DNA of 56,117 nt. Origin: Actinomycetota bacterium (GTDB lineage: Bacteria; Actinomycetota; Actinomycetes; Nanopelagicales; Nanopelagicaceae). The translations under genes and the position numbers were made by a program. Each line of letters opens with the position of its first letter. The first letter of the stretch is position 1. This document shows, in pieces, positions 1-12,303 of the stretch. The stretch lies in assembly GCA_029978465.1 (NCBI GenBank), contig JAPOJK010000001.1, positions 1-56,117 of the forward strand, in the 5' to 3' direction. The notes beneath the pieces were generated by a model. That model saw only the letters and a list, made by a program, of their open reading frames with translations. It did no database searches and was not told the origin of the DNA.

Positions 1-74
1 TATTGGGAGCAACTTTGGTTTGGATCGCAGCGTGGCGAGTTTGGTTATCTGTAACAACTAGGAATGGATAAAGA

Positions 75-2117
75 ATGAGCGCAGTAACTGGGTGGACAAC
101 ACTCGATGACCAAGTAGTCGCGCACGCACGTGCCTTAGCTGCTGATGCGGTTCAAAAGGTTGGCAATGGCCACCCAGGAACTGCAATGTCACTTGCGCCA
201 GTTGCCTACACACTGTTTCAGCGCCATCTCATTCATGATCCATCAGATCCACAATGGTTAGGTAGAGATCGCTTTATTCTCTCCTGCGGTCACTCCTCAT
301 TAACCCTTTACATTCAACTGTATTTAAGTGGCTATGGCTTAGAGATGAAGGATCTAGAAAGCTTTAGAACATGGGGCTCACTCACACCTGGTCACCCAGA
401 GTTTGGTCACACCGCCGGTGTTGAAATGACAACCGGTCCTCTAGGCCAAGGTGTTGCAACCGCTGTTGGTATGGCGATGGCGGCGCGATATGAGCGCGGA
501 TTACTGGATCCAGATGCACCCGCTCAGCAATCAGTATTTGATCACTCTATTTGGGTGATTTGTTCCGATGGAGATTTACAAGAGGGTGTGAGCGCAGAGG
601 CAAGCTCATTAGCTGGAACACAAGAGCTTGGAAACTTAAATGTAATTTATGATGACAATCGCATCTCAATCGAAGGCGATACACATAATGCATTTACTGA
701 AGATGTATCAGCGCGATACCGAGCCTATGGCTGGCATGTCATTGATGTTGCAGCAGCTGCAAATGGAAATGTAGATCTTGCCGCACTTGATGCAGCGATG
801 GTTGCTGCGAAAAAGGAAACCGGCAAGCCAACTTTGATTCGCATGAAATCTGTTATTGCATGGCCTGCACCTAAAGCACAAGGAACCGCTGGATCACATG
901 GTTCTGCATTGGGTGAGGATGAGATTAAGGCGACCAAGGTTGCACTTGGATTAAATCCAGATGAGCACTTTGCGATGCCAGCTGATGTGTTAGCACATGC
1001 TCGATTGGTAAAGGATCGTGGCGCACAACATCGCGCTCAATGGAACACAAAGTTTGAAAGTTGGAAGGCAAGTAATCCAGATAAAGCAACACTCTTAACT
1101 CGATTGCAAACTCGATCATTGCCTGCCGGCTGGGATGGACAACTTCCGGTATTTGCTCCCGGAAAGGATGTTGCAACACGTGCGGCATCTGGGGAAGTTA
1201 TCAACGCGATCGCAGCTGTCCTGCCAGAGTTCTGGGGAGGATCGGCTGATCTTGCTGGATCTAACAACACCAGCATTAAGGGTGGCGGTTCATTTTTGCC
1301 CGCCAGTAGCGCCATTGATGGTGCTCACCCATATGGACGAATCATTCACTTTGGTATTCGCGAACATGCGATGGGCTCCATTCTCAATGGAATCACTTTG
1401 CATGGCTTGACCCGTTCCTTTGGCGGAACCTTTGCCGTCTTTAGTGATTACATGCGCCCAGCGGTACGTCTTGCAGCGTTAATGAATATTGCAACCACAT
1501 TTGTCTGGACACATGATTCGATCGGTGTTGGCGAAGATGGACCAACTCATCAACCAATCGAACACTTCGCAGCGCTACGTGCGATCCCTGGCTTTGATGT
1601 CATCCGACCAGGTGATGCAAATGAGGTAACTGAGGCGTGGAAGAAGATCATTACCCGTGGAAAAGCATGCGGAATCTTGTTGTCACGACAAAACTTACCG
1701 GTCTTTGATCGCACGACATGCGCTCCTGCGTCGGGGACAGCAAAAGGTGCTTATATCTTGAAGGATGCAGAAAATCCCAAGGCGATCTTGATCGCGACCG
1801 GTTCAGAGGTTTCCTTGGCAATTGATGCCCAGAGCGCACTTGCAGCTGAAGGTATCAATGTTCGCGTTGTAAGTGCACCCTGCCTTGAATGGTTTGCCGA
1901 GCAAGATCAAAGTTACAAGGATTCAGTGCTCTCCCCTGATGTTGTAAAGATCAGCATCGAAGTTGGAATCGCACAAGGGTGGCGCGAGCTAATCGGTGAT
2001 TCCGGTGTTGCAATCTCACTTGAACATTATGGAGCTTCAGCCGATGCCAAGCGTTTGTTTAATGAGTTTGGTTTCTCCGTAGAGAATGTTGTGGCACAAG
2101 TGAAGAAGGCGATCTAA
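75..2117 (+). CDS. tkt: transketolase
   Basis: GHPGTAM, RDRFILSCGH, TPGHPE, GPLGQG, ThDP motif GDG...N and THDSIGVGEDGPTHQP. Confidence 0.98.
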   Translation: MSAVTGWTTLDDQVVAHARALAADAVQKVGNGHPGTAMSLAPVAYTLFQRHLIHDPSDPQWLGRDRFILSCGHSSLTLYIQLYLSGYGLEMKDLESFRTWGSLTPGHPEFGHTAGVEMTTGPLGQGVATAVGMAMAARYERGLLDPDAPAQQSVFDHSIWVICSDGDLQEGVSAEASSLAGTQELGNLNVIYDDNRISIEGDTHNAFTEDVSARYRAYGWHVIDVAAAANGNVDLAALDAAMVAAKKETGKPTLIRMKSVIAWPAPKAQGTAGSHGSALGEDEIKATKVALGLNPDEHFAMPADVLAHARLVKDRGAQHRAQWNTKFESWKASNPDKATLLTRLQTRSLPAGWDGQLPVFAPGKDVATRAASGEVINAIAAVLPEFWGGSADLAGSNNTSIKGGGSFLPASSAIDGAHPYGRIIHFGIREHAMGSILNGITLHGLTRSFGGTFAVFSDYMRPAVRLAALMNIATTFVWTHDSIGVGEDGPTHQPIEHFAALRAIPGFDVIRPGDANEVTEAWKKIITRGKACGILLSRQNLPVFDRTTCAPASGTAKGAYILKDAENPKAILIATGSEVSLAIDAQSALAAEGINVRVVSAPCLEWFAEQDQSYKDSVLSPDVVKISIEVGIAQGWRELIGDSGVAISLEHYGASADAKRLFNEFGFSVENVVAQVKKAI

Positions 2118-3202
2118 TGTCGGTTCAAAAAGTTTCTGCCGCAGGCACATCAATTTGGCTTGATGATTTATCTCGCGCCAAGATCACATCAACCGAGGCT
2201 CATGCACTTCCTGCACGCATCAAAAACAGCGGCGTTGTTGGAGTAACTACCAACCCAAGTATTTTCAGCGCTGCTATTAGCGGGGCTGCTGAATATGCAG
2301 CTGATATCGCGGCGATGAAGAGCGCGCCAGTTGATGAGGTAGTTAAAAAGCTAACTACCGATGATGTTCGCCAAGCTTGCGAGCTCTTTACCTCTCTTTA
2401 TCAGGCAACGCATGGTGTTGATGGACGAGTAAGCATTGAGGTAGATCCCCGTTTAGCCCATGACACTGAAGGAACAATCGCAGCCGGAAAAGAGCTGTGG
2501 TCAATTATTGATCGTCCTAATGTGATGATCAAAGTTCCTGCAACATTAGAAGGATTGCCTGCAATAACCGCGTTAATCGCTGCAGGAATTAGCGTCAATG
2601 TCACCTTGATCTTCTCCGTAAAAAGATACGGCCAGGTAATTGAGGCGTACATGAAGGGTATTGAGCAGTGCGAGAATCCAACACAGGTGCATTCAGTTGC
2701 ATCCTTCTTTATTAGCAGAATTGATTCATCCATTGATGCACTTTTGAAGGCAAATGGTTCTACGGAAGCAACCGCACTGTTAGGTAAGGCAGCGATTGCC
2801 AACGCTCACCTGGCGTATCAATTATTTGAAGAGAAGTTTTCATCTAGTAAGTGGCAAGGCCTAGCAACAAAAGGCGCACACAAACAACGACCACTGTGGG
2901 CATCGACTGGTGTGAAGGATCCTGCTTATGAAGACACCCGCTATGTAGTTGAGTTAATTGCACCTGACACCGTCAACACAATGCCGCAATCCACCTTGGA
3001 TGCGTTGATTGACCATGGCGTTGTTCGTGGCAACACGATTACTGGTAACTATGCAGAAGCCGTTGAAGTATTGAAGGCCTTATCTGCATTAGGAATTTCA
3101 TTAGATGATGTAACAACTGAGTTAGAGATAGATGGTGTTAAGAAGTTTGCCCAAGCATGGGATGAACTACTCGAAAATGTAAAGGCTGCGCAACAAGGAT
3201 GA
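2117..3202 (+). CDS. tal: transaldolase (actinobacterial type)
   Basis: SIWLDDLSR, GVTTNPSIF, VSIEVDP, catalytic IKVPAT, LWASTG; TAATG overlap with tkt. Confidence 0.97.
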   Translation: MSVQKVSAAGTSIWLDDLSRAKITSTEAHALPARIKNSGVVGVTTNPSIFSAAISGAAEYAADIAAMKSAPVDEVVKKLTTDDVRQACELFTSLYQATHGVDGRVSIEVDPRLAHDTEGTIAAGKELWSIIDRPNVMIKVPATLEGLPAITALIAAGISVNVTLIFSVKRYGQVIEAYMKGIEQCENPTQVHSVASFFISRIDSSIDALLKANGSTEATALLGKAAIANAHLAYQLFEEKFSSSKWQGLATKGAHKQRPLWASTGVKDPAYEDTRYVVELIAPDTVNTMPQSTLDALIDHGVVRGNTITGNYAEAVEVLKALSALGISLDDVTTELEIDGVKKFAQAWDELLENVKAAQQG

Positions 3203-4734
3203 TTTCAATTAAAGGTAATGCTGTATCAAAGATCGATCGCTCCTCTGAAAAGTACACAGCGCTACAGGCTTTCCATGAGCGTTTGAAGAGTAAGGACTCC
3301 ACGATCTGGGGTCCACAGGCACAAGCAGAGGCTTCGATCCGCATGAACTGGATCGATCTACCTGAAAGCTCACGTGATCTGCTTCCTCAATTTGATGCAC
3401 TTGCCGCAAAGCACCGAGATAAGAACAATGTGATTTTGTGTGGAATGGGTGGCTCATCACTTGGTCCTGAAGTAATCGCCCAAACATTTTCTAAGAGTTT
3501 ATTTGTTTTAGATTCAACCGATCCTGATTACGTTGCACACGCACTTGATGTTGATTTAGCAAAGAGCGTCGTCGTGGTTAGCTCAAAATCAGGATCAACA
3601 ATTGAAACCGCATCTCAACGCGCTCTCTTTGAAGGTGCCTTTAAAGATGCGGGATTAAATCCAATTGATCACATGGTCTTTGTAACCGATCCTGGCTCGC
3701 CGTTAGATAAGCAGGTTCGTGAAGGTGGCTTTACCGTCGTTAACGCCGATCCACATGTAGGTGGACGATTTAGCGTATTGAGTCCATTTGGATTAGTACC
3801 AGCTGCATTAATCGGAGTAGATGTATCGGTCTTGCTCGACAATGCAAGTGATACCAAGAAAGCCTTCTTTGCTGATTCGCAACAGATGTGCGATATCGCC
3901 TATCTACTGTCTTATGTTGCAGATCAATATGTTGCATACACAGATGAAGGTTCTGGAATGCCTGGTCTGAGCGATTGGATCGAGCAGTTAGTTGCTGAAT
4001 CAACCGGCAAGAACCAAGTGGGACGTCTGCCAGTTGTAGCTGAAACCTCACACAATGGCCGTGAAGGAAATGCATTCACCATCGCATTTGCAGGTAACGC
4101 CGATCTAGTTGTCGAGGGTGATTTAGCATCACAATTTATTGTGTGGGAGTGGGTAACGGCGCTGATTGGTGCAGCCCTTGCGATCGATCCCTTTAACCAG
4201 CCAAATGTAACTGAGGCGAAGGAACAAACCTCAGCGCTCCTTAATGAGTGGAAGGGTATTACCCCACCATTTACTCCAGATCTTAAAGATGGTGCGGTTG
4301 AGATTTTTGGTGCAGGAAAGAATGCAACGGATGCGCTTTCTCATTTGATTTCGCAAATTCCTGAAGATGGTTACATCGCAATCATGGCCTACCTTGATCG
4401 CAAGGATGATGCCGCCGTTGCAGAACTTCGTGCAATTCTTGCTGATAAATCTGGCCGACCAGTTACCTTTGGTTGGGGTCCTCGTTTCTTACACTCAACA
4501 GGACAGTTTCATAAAGGTGGACAGCAAAACGGAGTCTTCCTGCAGATTACTGGTGATGTAAAGAAAGACATAGCAATTCCTGGACAGAGCTACGGTTTTG
4601 CAACTTTGGTTGCAGCCCAGGCTTTAGGTGATGGAAAAGCGCTGGCTTCAAGAAAATACCCACTGCTTCGATTCAATCTTTCAAATCGTGCAATGGGTAT
4701 ATCTGAATTACTAGATGCTGCTAAATCTCTTTAA
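3199..4734 (+). CDS. pgi: glucose-6-phosphate isomerase
   Basis: GMGGSSLG, SKSGSTIET, VGGRFSVLS, QLVAESTGK, PFNQPNV; ATGA overlap with tal. Confidence 0.92.
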   Translation: MISIKGNAVSKIDRSSEKYTALQAFHERLKSKDSTIWGPQAQAEASIRMNWIDLPESSRDLLPQFDALAAKHRDKNNVILCGMGGSSLGPEVIAQTFSKSLFVLDSTDPDYVAHALDVDLAKSVVVVSSKSGSTIETASQRALFEGAFKDAGLNPIDHMVFVTDPGSPLDKQVREGGFTVVNADPHVGGRFSVLSPFGLVPAALIGVDVSVLLDNASDTKKAFFADSQQMCDIAYLLSYVADQYVAYTDEGSGMPGLSDWIEQLVAESTGKNQVGRLPVVAETSHNGREGNAFTIAFAGNADLVVEGDLASQFIVWEWVTALIGAALAIDPFNQPNVTEAKEQTSALLNEWKGITPPFTPDLKDGAVEIFGAGKNATDALSHLISQIPEDGYIAIMAYLDRKDDAAVAELRAILADKSGRPVTFGWGPRFLHSTGQFHKGGQQNGVFLQITGDVKKDIAIPGQSYGFATLVAAQALGDGKALASRKYPLLRFNLSNRAMGISELLDAAKSL

Positions 4735-4737
4735 GAT

Positions 4738-5079
4738 TTACTCTTCATCATCTCCGCGAAGTTTGCGCAAAGCCTCTTCTAGAAGTTTTTCGCCCTCAGC
4801 ATCTGTACGACGCTCCTTTACATAGGCAAGGTGGGTCTTGTAAGGCACATTTACCTCAGGGCTAGGTGGATTGTTGCGATCGCGACCTGCTGGGTAACCA
4901 CACTTTGGGCAATCCCATTCAGCTGGAATAACAACTGTCTCTTCTACTGCAAATGATGGACGAACTTCATGACCATTTGCACAAAAGTATGAGACATATG
5001 CGCGAGCGATTGAATCGCCACGCTCTGCCTCGCCCATTGGGCCTGCGCCAACACGACTTCCGCGAATTGCACTTGCCAT
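4738..5079 (-). CDS. rbpA: RNA polymerase-binding protein RbpA
   Basis: AIRGSRVGAG N-terminus, C-x3-H and WDCPKCG, KTHLAYVKERR...LLEEAL sigma-interaction region. Confidence 0.93.
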   Translation of the reverse strand: MASAIRGSRVGAGPMGEAERGDSIARAYVSYFCANGHEVRPSFAVEETVVIPAEWDCPKCGYPAGRDRNNPPSPEVNVPYKTHLAYVKERRTDAEGEKLLEEALRKLRGDDEE

Positions 5080-5120
5080 GCGTATCCCCTTGTTTTACTT
5101 GCTAATGGATTGAAAAATTT

Positions 5121-5348
5121 TTACTTGAGAACGAGCGAAAGTGCGACAACTAGTGCAAACCACAGTCCACCGGCAACGATTGTGATGCGATCAAGGTTGC
5201 GCTCAACAACAGATGATCCGCCGTAGTTAGATGAGATACCGCCACCAAATAGATCGGATAGGCCGCTTCCCTTGCCCTTATGGAGAAGAACCAAAAGGAT
5301 CATCAAGACGCTGGTAATAACAAGTGCTATTGAGAGAGCTAGTTTCAC
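5121..5348 (-). CDS. secG: preprotein translocase subunit SecG
   Basis: two TM helices, LLHKGKGSGLSDLFGGG, ERNLDR; downstream of tpiA; AGGAG RBS. Confidence 0.96.
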   Translation of the reverse strand: MKLALSIALVITSVLMILLVLLHKGKGSGLSDLFGGGISSNYGGSSVVERNLDRITIVAGGLWFALVVALSLVLK

Positions 5349-5405
5349 TTTTCTTAAACTCCTAGTTCGTAGAGGGCAAGGATACCCGCCTGAAGGGGGT
5401 AATGC

Positions 5406-6182
5406 TTACTCCGTCACCGCATGGAATTTAACGATCTTGGCCAATTCCTCAGGATCTAGGCTCGCTCCGCCGATCAGGGCGCCATCAACATCGGGCTTCT
5501 TCATGATTTCAACGATGTTGGAAGACTTCACTGAACCTCCGTACAAGATGCGCATATTTGCTGCGATCTCTGGTGAGCCGATGCTTTCAATCTCTTCACG
5601 GATCGAAGCACATACCTCTTGAGCATCTTCTGGTGTTGCAGTCTTACCGGTTCCGATTGCCCACACTGGTTCGTAGGCGATAACAATCTTTTTGAGCTCT
5701 GGCTTTGTAAATCCTTCAAGTCCTGCACGAATCTGGCGGATCACATGGCTTACATGTGTTCCAGCTTCGCGAATTGCGAGCTCTTCGCCGACACAAAAGA
5801 TTGGCGTGATCTCATTAGCAAGTGCCGCCTTAATCTTTCGATTAATCAGCGCATCTGATTCGTTGTGAATTGCACGGCGCTCTGAGTGACCAATAACAAC
5901 ATAGGTGCAACCAAGCTTGGCAAGCATTGATCCCGAGATATCTCCTGTAAAGGCCCCACCGGTTTCAGGTGAAAGATCCTGTGCGCCATATTGAAGACGT
6001 AAGCGATCTCCATCAACCAAGGTTTGAATTGAACGAATATCTGTAAATGGTGGAATGACCGCAACATCGACAGCGTCATAATCCTTGTCATCAAGACCGT
6101 AAACCAACTTCTGAGCAACTGCAATCGCCTCAAGGTGATTGAGGTTCATCTTCCAGTTTCCTGCCATTAATGGTTTACGCAT
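5406..6182 (-). CDS. tpiA: triosephosphate isomerase
   Basis: [36 protein letters not shown]. Confidence 0.99.
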   Translation of the reverse strand: MRKPLMAGNWKMNLNHLEAIAVAQKLVYGLDDKDYDAVDVAVIPPFTDIRSIQTLVDGDRLRLQYGAQDLSPETGGAFTGDISGSMLAKLGCTYVVIGHSERRAIHNESDALINRKIKAALANEITPIFCVGEELAIREAGTHVSHVIRQIRAGLEGFTKPELKKIVIAYEPVWAIGTGKTATPEDAQEVCASIREEIESIGSPEIAANMRILYGGSVKSSNIVEIMKKPDVDGALIGGASLDPEELAKIVKFHAVTE

Positions 6183-6204
6183 CGTTGCTCCTCTGTTGTG
6201 TTTC

Positions 6205-7394
6205 TTAAATTAATTCAAGCGCTTTAAGGCCAGGAAGTTCCTTGCCCTCTAGGTACTCCAATGAAGCGCCACCGCCGGTAGAAATGTACCCGAACTGTGA
6301 GTCTGCAAAACCTAAAGCGCGTACCGCTGCAGCAGAGTCTCCTCCACCAACAACAGATATTCCAGATACTTCGGTAAGTGCCTGCGCAACTACCTTGGTA
6401 CCGGCTGCAAAGTTAGGAAATTCAAAGACGCCCATTGGGCCATTCCAAAATACTGTCTTGCACTTCTTGATCTCTGCTGCAAAGGCCGCTGCAGAAACTG
6501 GTCCGATATCAAGACCCATTTGATCAGCTGGAATAGCATCTGCTGCTACCAATGTTGGCGTTGCATCTGCAGAAAATGTAGGCGCTACGACAATGTCAGT
6601 TGGGAGAAGCAGTTTCACGCCATTCTTTTCAGCTGTTGCAATTAATCCCTTAACAACATCAAGCATCTCAGCTTCAACAAGTGATGTTCCGATCTCTTTG
6701 CCTTGTGCCTTAAGGAAGGTAAAGACCATTCCCCCGCCAATAGCTAGAACATCAACCTTGCCCAGCAAGTTTTCAATAACACCAAGTTTGTCTGAAACCT
6801 TTGCGCCACCAAGAATGACACCGTATGGGCGCTCTGGGTTTTGTGTGAGCTTCTTCAAGACTTCAACCTCTGCTGCAACTAATTTTCCTGCTGCATGTGG
6901 AAGTAACTTCGGTAGATCAAAAACCGATGCATGCTTACGGTGAACTGCGCCGAAGCCATCGCCAACATAGAAATCAGCAAGCTGTGCTAATTCGGCAGCA
7001 AAGGCTGCGCGCTCAGACTCTTCCTTGCTTGTCTCTGCGCCGCTAAATCGAATATTTTCAAGAAGCAAAATCTCGCCGGCCTGAAGTGATTGCGCTGCAG
7101 TTGTTACCGCTGCACCTGTAACTTCGCCAGTGAACTTAACCTCGCGACCCAACAGCTCAGCTAAACGCTGTGCTACAGGTGCTAGGGAAAGTTCTGGCTT
7201 AGCTTCACCCTTTGGGCGACCAAGGTGGGCTGCAATAACAAGTGATGCACCCTTTTCAAGTAAGGCTTGAATAGTAGGAAGCGAGGCTTTGATACGTCCG
7301 TCATCCTTAATGATTCCCTCTTTCAAAGGAACATTAAGATCGCAACGAAGAAAGACCCGCTTTCCTGCTACATCAATTGTTGAAAGATCTGGCA

Positions 7395-7395
<1 letters not shown>
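6205..7395 (-). CDS. pgk: phosphoglycerate kinase
   Basis: [43 protein letters not shown]. Confidence 0.99.
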
Positions 7396-8525
<1,130 letters not shown>

Positions 8526-9503
8526 TTAATTGAGCAAATCAGGCGAGAGACCGCTCTCAGTATCGGGAATTCCAAGCTCTGCGGCACGCTTATCGGCCAT
8601 CGCCAGCAACCGTCGGATTCGACCCGCGATCGCATCCTTTGTCATCGGTGGGACAGCTAATGAGCCAAGCTCTTCCAGCGAGGCCTGTCCATGATTAATG
8701 CGTAACTCCCCCGCCTCTTTGAGGTGATCGGGAATCGTAGGTCCAAGGATCTCCATTGCGCGCTGAACACGAGCGGCTGCAGCAACTGCAGCACGTGCAG
8801 ATCGACGAAGGTTTGCATCATCAAAATTTGCAAGACGGTTAGCCGTTGCTCGCACCTCGCGACGCATTCGACGCTCCTCCCAAGCCATCACACTTTCATG
8901 TGCTCCTAGTCGAGTAAGCAAAACGCCGATCGCATCTCCATCTCGGATTACTACGCGATCTACTCCGCGAACTTCACGAGCCTTTGCAACAATTCCTAAA
9001 CGACGTGCAGCGCCAACAAGTGCCAAAGCAGCCTCTGGTCCTGGGCAGGTAATTTCTAGTGATGATGAGCGACCTGGTTCAGTTAAAGAGCCATGAGCGA
9101 TAAAAGCGCCACGCCATGCAGCCTCGGAGTCGCAGATTGCAGCAGATACAACTTGTGGTGGAAGGCCGCGAACTGGACGTCCATTGGAATCTACTAATCC
9201 TGTTTGGCGTGCAAGTGCATCACCCTCATTAATAACACGAACTACATACCGTGAACCTTTGCGCAAACCACTTGAAGAGAGAACTGCAAGATCAGAGTCA
9301 TGTCCATAAATATCTGCAATATCTTTTCGAAGTCTGCGTGCACTCTGCGAGGTATCTAGCTCTACCTCAATCACAATCTTTCCTGCTGCGATATGGAGAC
9401 CGCCGGCGAAGCGAAGAAGTGATGAGACCTCAGCTTTGCGACAACATGGTTTGGTGATTGATAAACGAGATAACTCGTCCTTAACTGATGCTGTCATTGC
9501 CAT
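8526..9503 (-). CDS. whiA: DNA-binding protein WhiA; start at MAMT
   Basis: [46 protein letters not shown]-terminal HTH. Confidence 0.97.
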   Translation of the reverse strand: MAMTASVKDELSRLSITKPCCRKAEVSSLLRFAGGLHIAAGKIVIEVELDTSQSARRLRKDIADIYGHDSDLAVLSSSGLRKGSRYVVRVINEGDALARQTGLVDSNGRPVRGLPPQVVSAAICDSEAAWRGAFIAHGSLTEPGRSSSLEITCPGPEAALALVGAARRLGIVAKAREVRGVDRVVIRDGDAIGVLLTRLGAHESVMAWEERRMRREVRATANRLANFDDANLRRSARAAVAAAARVQRAMEILGPTIPDHLKEAGELRINHGQASLEELGSLAVPPMTKDAIAGRIRRLLAMADKRAAELGIPDTESGLSPDLLN

Positions 9504-9519
9504 GGGGTAATCCAACCAT

Positions 9520-10452
9520 TTACCGAGCCAGAATGTGGCCCAAATGGAGAGCTAATTTTTGGGCATCATGATGGATGCTTCCAGGTGCTTTACGTATATC
9601 TGCGACAACAATCTCTCCACCCAAGGTTGATGCTGCTAGCTCCAACGCCTCTTGATCTCGCACTACAGATTGGTCAACGAGGCAGTAATCCACGGTGACT
9701 CCTGGGGCGTAACGATGGAAAAACTCAAGGTGTTCTTCAGGGGTGGATCCTGCGAACTCTTCTCCTTGCGATTGTGTCGATGCATCAAGATTGAGAATCA
9801 AAATCTTTCGTGCCGCTGAACTCTGCAACGCCTGTAGTTGAGCTGGAACTAGCAAGTGTGGAATCACACTTGAGAACCAAGAGCCCGGACCCATCGTGAT
9901 CCATTCAGCATCTGAGATCGCATCCAAGGCTTCTGATCGAGCTGGAGGATCTTCCGGAATTATTCGCAGAGATTGAATGTGTCCCTTCGCTGTTGCAACC
10001 TCTTTTTGTCCGCGAACAACGATTCTTCCAGTTGATGTATTAAATGTTCCTTCGATATCCAGCGCAACAGATGCCATTGGAAGAACCCGACCAATAACTT
10101 TGAGCAGTTGGCCAACGCGATCAAGAGCTACAACGGGGTCATCCCCCGCATTCCACATCGATGCGAGCAAAAGATTTCCCATCGCATGTCCATTGAGATC
10201 TCCCTCACTCACAAAGCGATGTTGCATGATCTCTGCCCAAGTCCGTCCCCACTCATCATCTGCACACAATGCAGCTAACGCCATTCGTAAATCACCCGGT
10301 GGAAAAATTGGGAACTCTTCACGTAAACGCCCACTAGAACCACCATTGTCAGCAACTGTCACAATCGCAGTTAATTGATTGGTGATTTGGCGCAGCGCAG
10401 TTAATGTGGCGGCCAGACCATGTCCACCACCTAGTGCAACAACCTTAGACAA
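9520..10452 (-). CDS. yvcK: YvcK/CuvA (CofD-like) UDP-sugar-binding gluconeogenesis/cell-wall factor
   Basis: [37 protein letters not shown]; between rapZ and whiA. Confidence 0.93.
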   Translation of the reverse strand: MSKVVALGGGHGLAATLTALRQITNQLTAIVTVADNGGSSGRLREEFPIFPPGDLRMALAALCADDEWGRTWAEIMQHRFVSEGDLNGHAMGNLLLASMWNAGDDPVVALDRVGQLLKVIGRVLPMASVALDIEGTFNTSTGRIVVRGQKEVATAKGHIQSLRIIPEDPPARSEALDAISDAEWITMGPGSWFSSVIPHLLVPAQLQALQSSAARKILILNLDASTQSQGEEFAGSTPEEHLEFFHRYAPGVTVDYCLVDQSVVRDQEALELAASTLGGEIVVADIRKAPGSIHHDAQKLALHLGHILAR

Positions 10453-10454
10453 AA

Positions 10455-11318
10455 CTACTCACGACCTACATCGCGATGAGTTGGATGGGCGGAAACCTCA
10501 GAGTTCAGAGCGTTGAGTTGTCGTGCTATCTCTTCGGTGATTGCCACGCTTCGATGTTTTCCGCCGGTGCAACCTACTGCGATCGTCACATACTTCTTGC
10601 CTTCACGCATGTATCCCGACATCATCGAATTTACTAACCCTACATAATTTTGGACAAACTCTTTTACACCTTCACTACCCAATACCTTGTCACTGACTTG
10701 TGGAGTTAAACCTGTCAGCGGTCGAAGCTCTGGGATCCAATGTGGATTGGGAATAAATCTGCAATCTAGAACCAAATCAGAGTCAACTGGAATTCCGTAC
10801 TTGTACCCAAAGGACAGGACATTGACTCGAATTCCTTGTAGCTTTCCGGAACCAAATATTTCGCCGATGCGCTTTTCTAATTGATGAACATTGAGATTAG
10901 AGGTATCAATTGCAACATCTGATTGTGAGCGAATCTCTTCCAACTTTTCTCGCTCTCGAGCAATACCATCAACAATTCGATCCTTACCCTGCAATGGGTG
11001 GGGTCTACGCGTTGACTCAAAACGTTGAACTAGCGACTGATCTGTTGCATCAAGAAAAACTAATCGGTATTCAGAGTTGCTCTTCTTTAACTCATCCATC
11101 GCATGGGTTAGTTCATCAAAGAACTCTCCCCCGCGAACATCTACGACAACAGCTAACTCTTTACCTTGAGGCCCAGTTCCCTTGCTCACTAATGCGGGAA
11201 GCAACGCAGGTGGAAGATTGTCTACAACGTACCAACCCAAATCCTCGAGGGCGTGAGCAACGGTTGAGCGACCTGCACCAGACATTCCGGTGAGGATGAG
11301 GGTCTCTTCCTTCTTCAT
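10455..11318 (-). CDS. rapZ: RNase adapter RapZ / YvcJ P-loop NTPase
   Basis: GMSGAGRS, VDNLPP, TRRPHPL, SFGYKYG, GCTGGKHRSV. Confidence 0.96.
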   Translation of the reverse strand: MKKEETLILTGMSGAGRSTVAHALEDLGWYVVDNLPPALLPALVSKGTGPQGKELAVVVDVRGGEFFDELTHAMDELKKSNSEYRLVFLDATDQSLVQRFESTRRPHPLQGKDRIVDGIAREREKLEEIRSQSDVAIDTSNLNVHQLEKRIGEIFGSGKLQGIRVNVLSFGYKYGIPVDSDLVLDCRFIPNPHWIPELRPLTGLTPQVSDKVLGSEGVKEFVQNYVGLVNSMMSGYMREGKKYVTIAVGCTGGKHRSVAITEEIARQLNALNSEVSAHPTHRDVGRE

Positions 11319-11322
11319 GCTC

Positions 11323-12303
11323 TTATCCTCTTACATCTGTCAAGAATGTTGAAACACGCTCAAGACTCTTTTCAAGGTAGGCGGGCAACATCTCCTTGTG
11401 CTCCTGATTCTTGGTTTCAAAGAGGTAGTTCAACAGTAGCAAACGGCGCTGTAGAAGCAGCGCCTTCATGGCCAGCTCTGAATAAGTAGGCAATGGTTTT
11501 ACGCTCTTGTACCCATTCAACAGCGCAGCATCTTGCTCAGGTGTATCCAAGTAATACAACGCAACCGCTAAATCCTGTGCTTCAACACCAAAACCACAAT
11601 CATCAAAATCAAAGATCGATAGTTGACCCTCGTGCCACATCAAATTCCAACCATGGAAATCGGCGTGAATAATGTGAACCGGTGAGCTTTGGTACAGCTC
11701 ATCCGTGTACTTCATGATCAAATCCCGTGCTTGTTCAATTAAGCCGCGATCTTTATCTGACAACACAGATTTTTCCGAGAAGAGAAAGTCTTCGGTCCCC
11801 CAGAAGAAATCATTAAAGGTTGGCAGCACTTCGCCGGCGGATAAAGCAAAATCAGTTGATTCTTGATGCAACCGAGCGATCGCTCTGCCAACTTCATGCA
11901 ACTGTTCCATGGTTGGCTCATCACCAATCTCTTCGCCATCAAGCCAGGAGTACATAACACCATTGAGAGTTTGCCCGGAGTCGGCATGTAATCCCGAAAC
12001 AATGTATTGATCTTTCAGAGTAGCAATCGGTGTCGGTGTATTAATACCCGAGGTACGGTTCAGGTGGCGAACCCATTGAACCTCCGCCTGCATGTTCTCG
12101 ATTGTGCGGGTTGAGTTGATATTGATTCGCAGTGCGTACTTGATTCCCGAATCACTTTCGACAGCAAAGGTTGCGTTAAACTCGAAGTTGATACACGAGA
12201 CCTTTGCATCATTAATGCCATAACTTTTCAGAAGTTCAGAGGCGAATGCGGTTAATGATTTCTGTTGCTCTTCTGCTGAAAGCTCAAAAAACTCGCTACC
12301 CAT
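11323..12303 (-). CDS. APH/choline-kinase-like phosphotransferase (homoserine kinase type II-like), substrate unknown
   Basis: Brenner motif IHADFHGWN, DFDDCG, ARLH helix; TAATG overlap with the uvrC stop. Confidence 0.85.
   Translation of the reverse strand: MGSEFFELSAEEQQKSLTAFASELLKSYGINDAKVSCINFEFNATFAVESDSGIKYALRININSTRTIENMQAEVQWVRHLNRTSGINTPTPIATLKDQYIVSGLHADSGQTLNGVMYSWLDGEEIGDEPTMEQLHEVGRAIARLHQESTDFALSAGEVLPTFNDFFWGTEDFLFSEKSVLSDKDRGLIEQARDLIMKYTDELYQSSPVHIIHADFHGWNLMWHEGQLSIFDFDDCGFGVEAQDLAVALYYLDTPEQDAALLNGYKSVKPLPTYSELAMKALLLQRRLLLLNYLFETKNQEHKEMLPAYLEKSLERVSTFLTDVRG

Noticed and set aside
41-57. Imperfect palindrome GTTA-tctg-TAAC upstream of tkt
   Set aside because: 4-bp arms are expected by chance and the upstream context is cut by the window edge.
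5383-5401. Small hairpin after tpiA overlapping a possible secG -10 (TATCCT)
   Set aside because: Bulged stem without a U tract; neither role can be supported from sequence alone.
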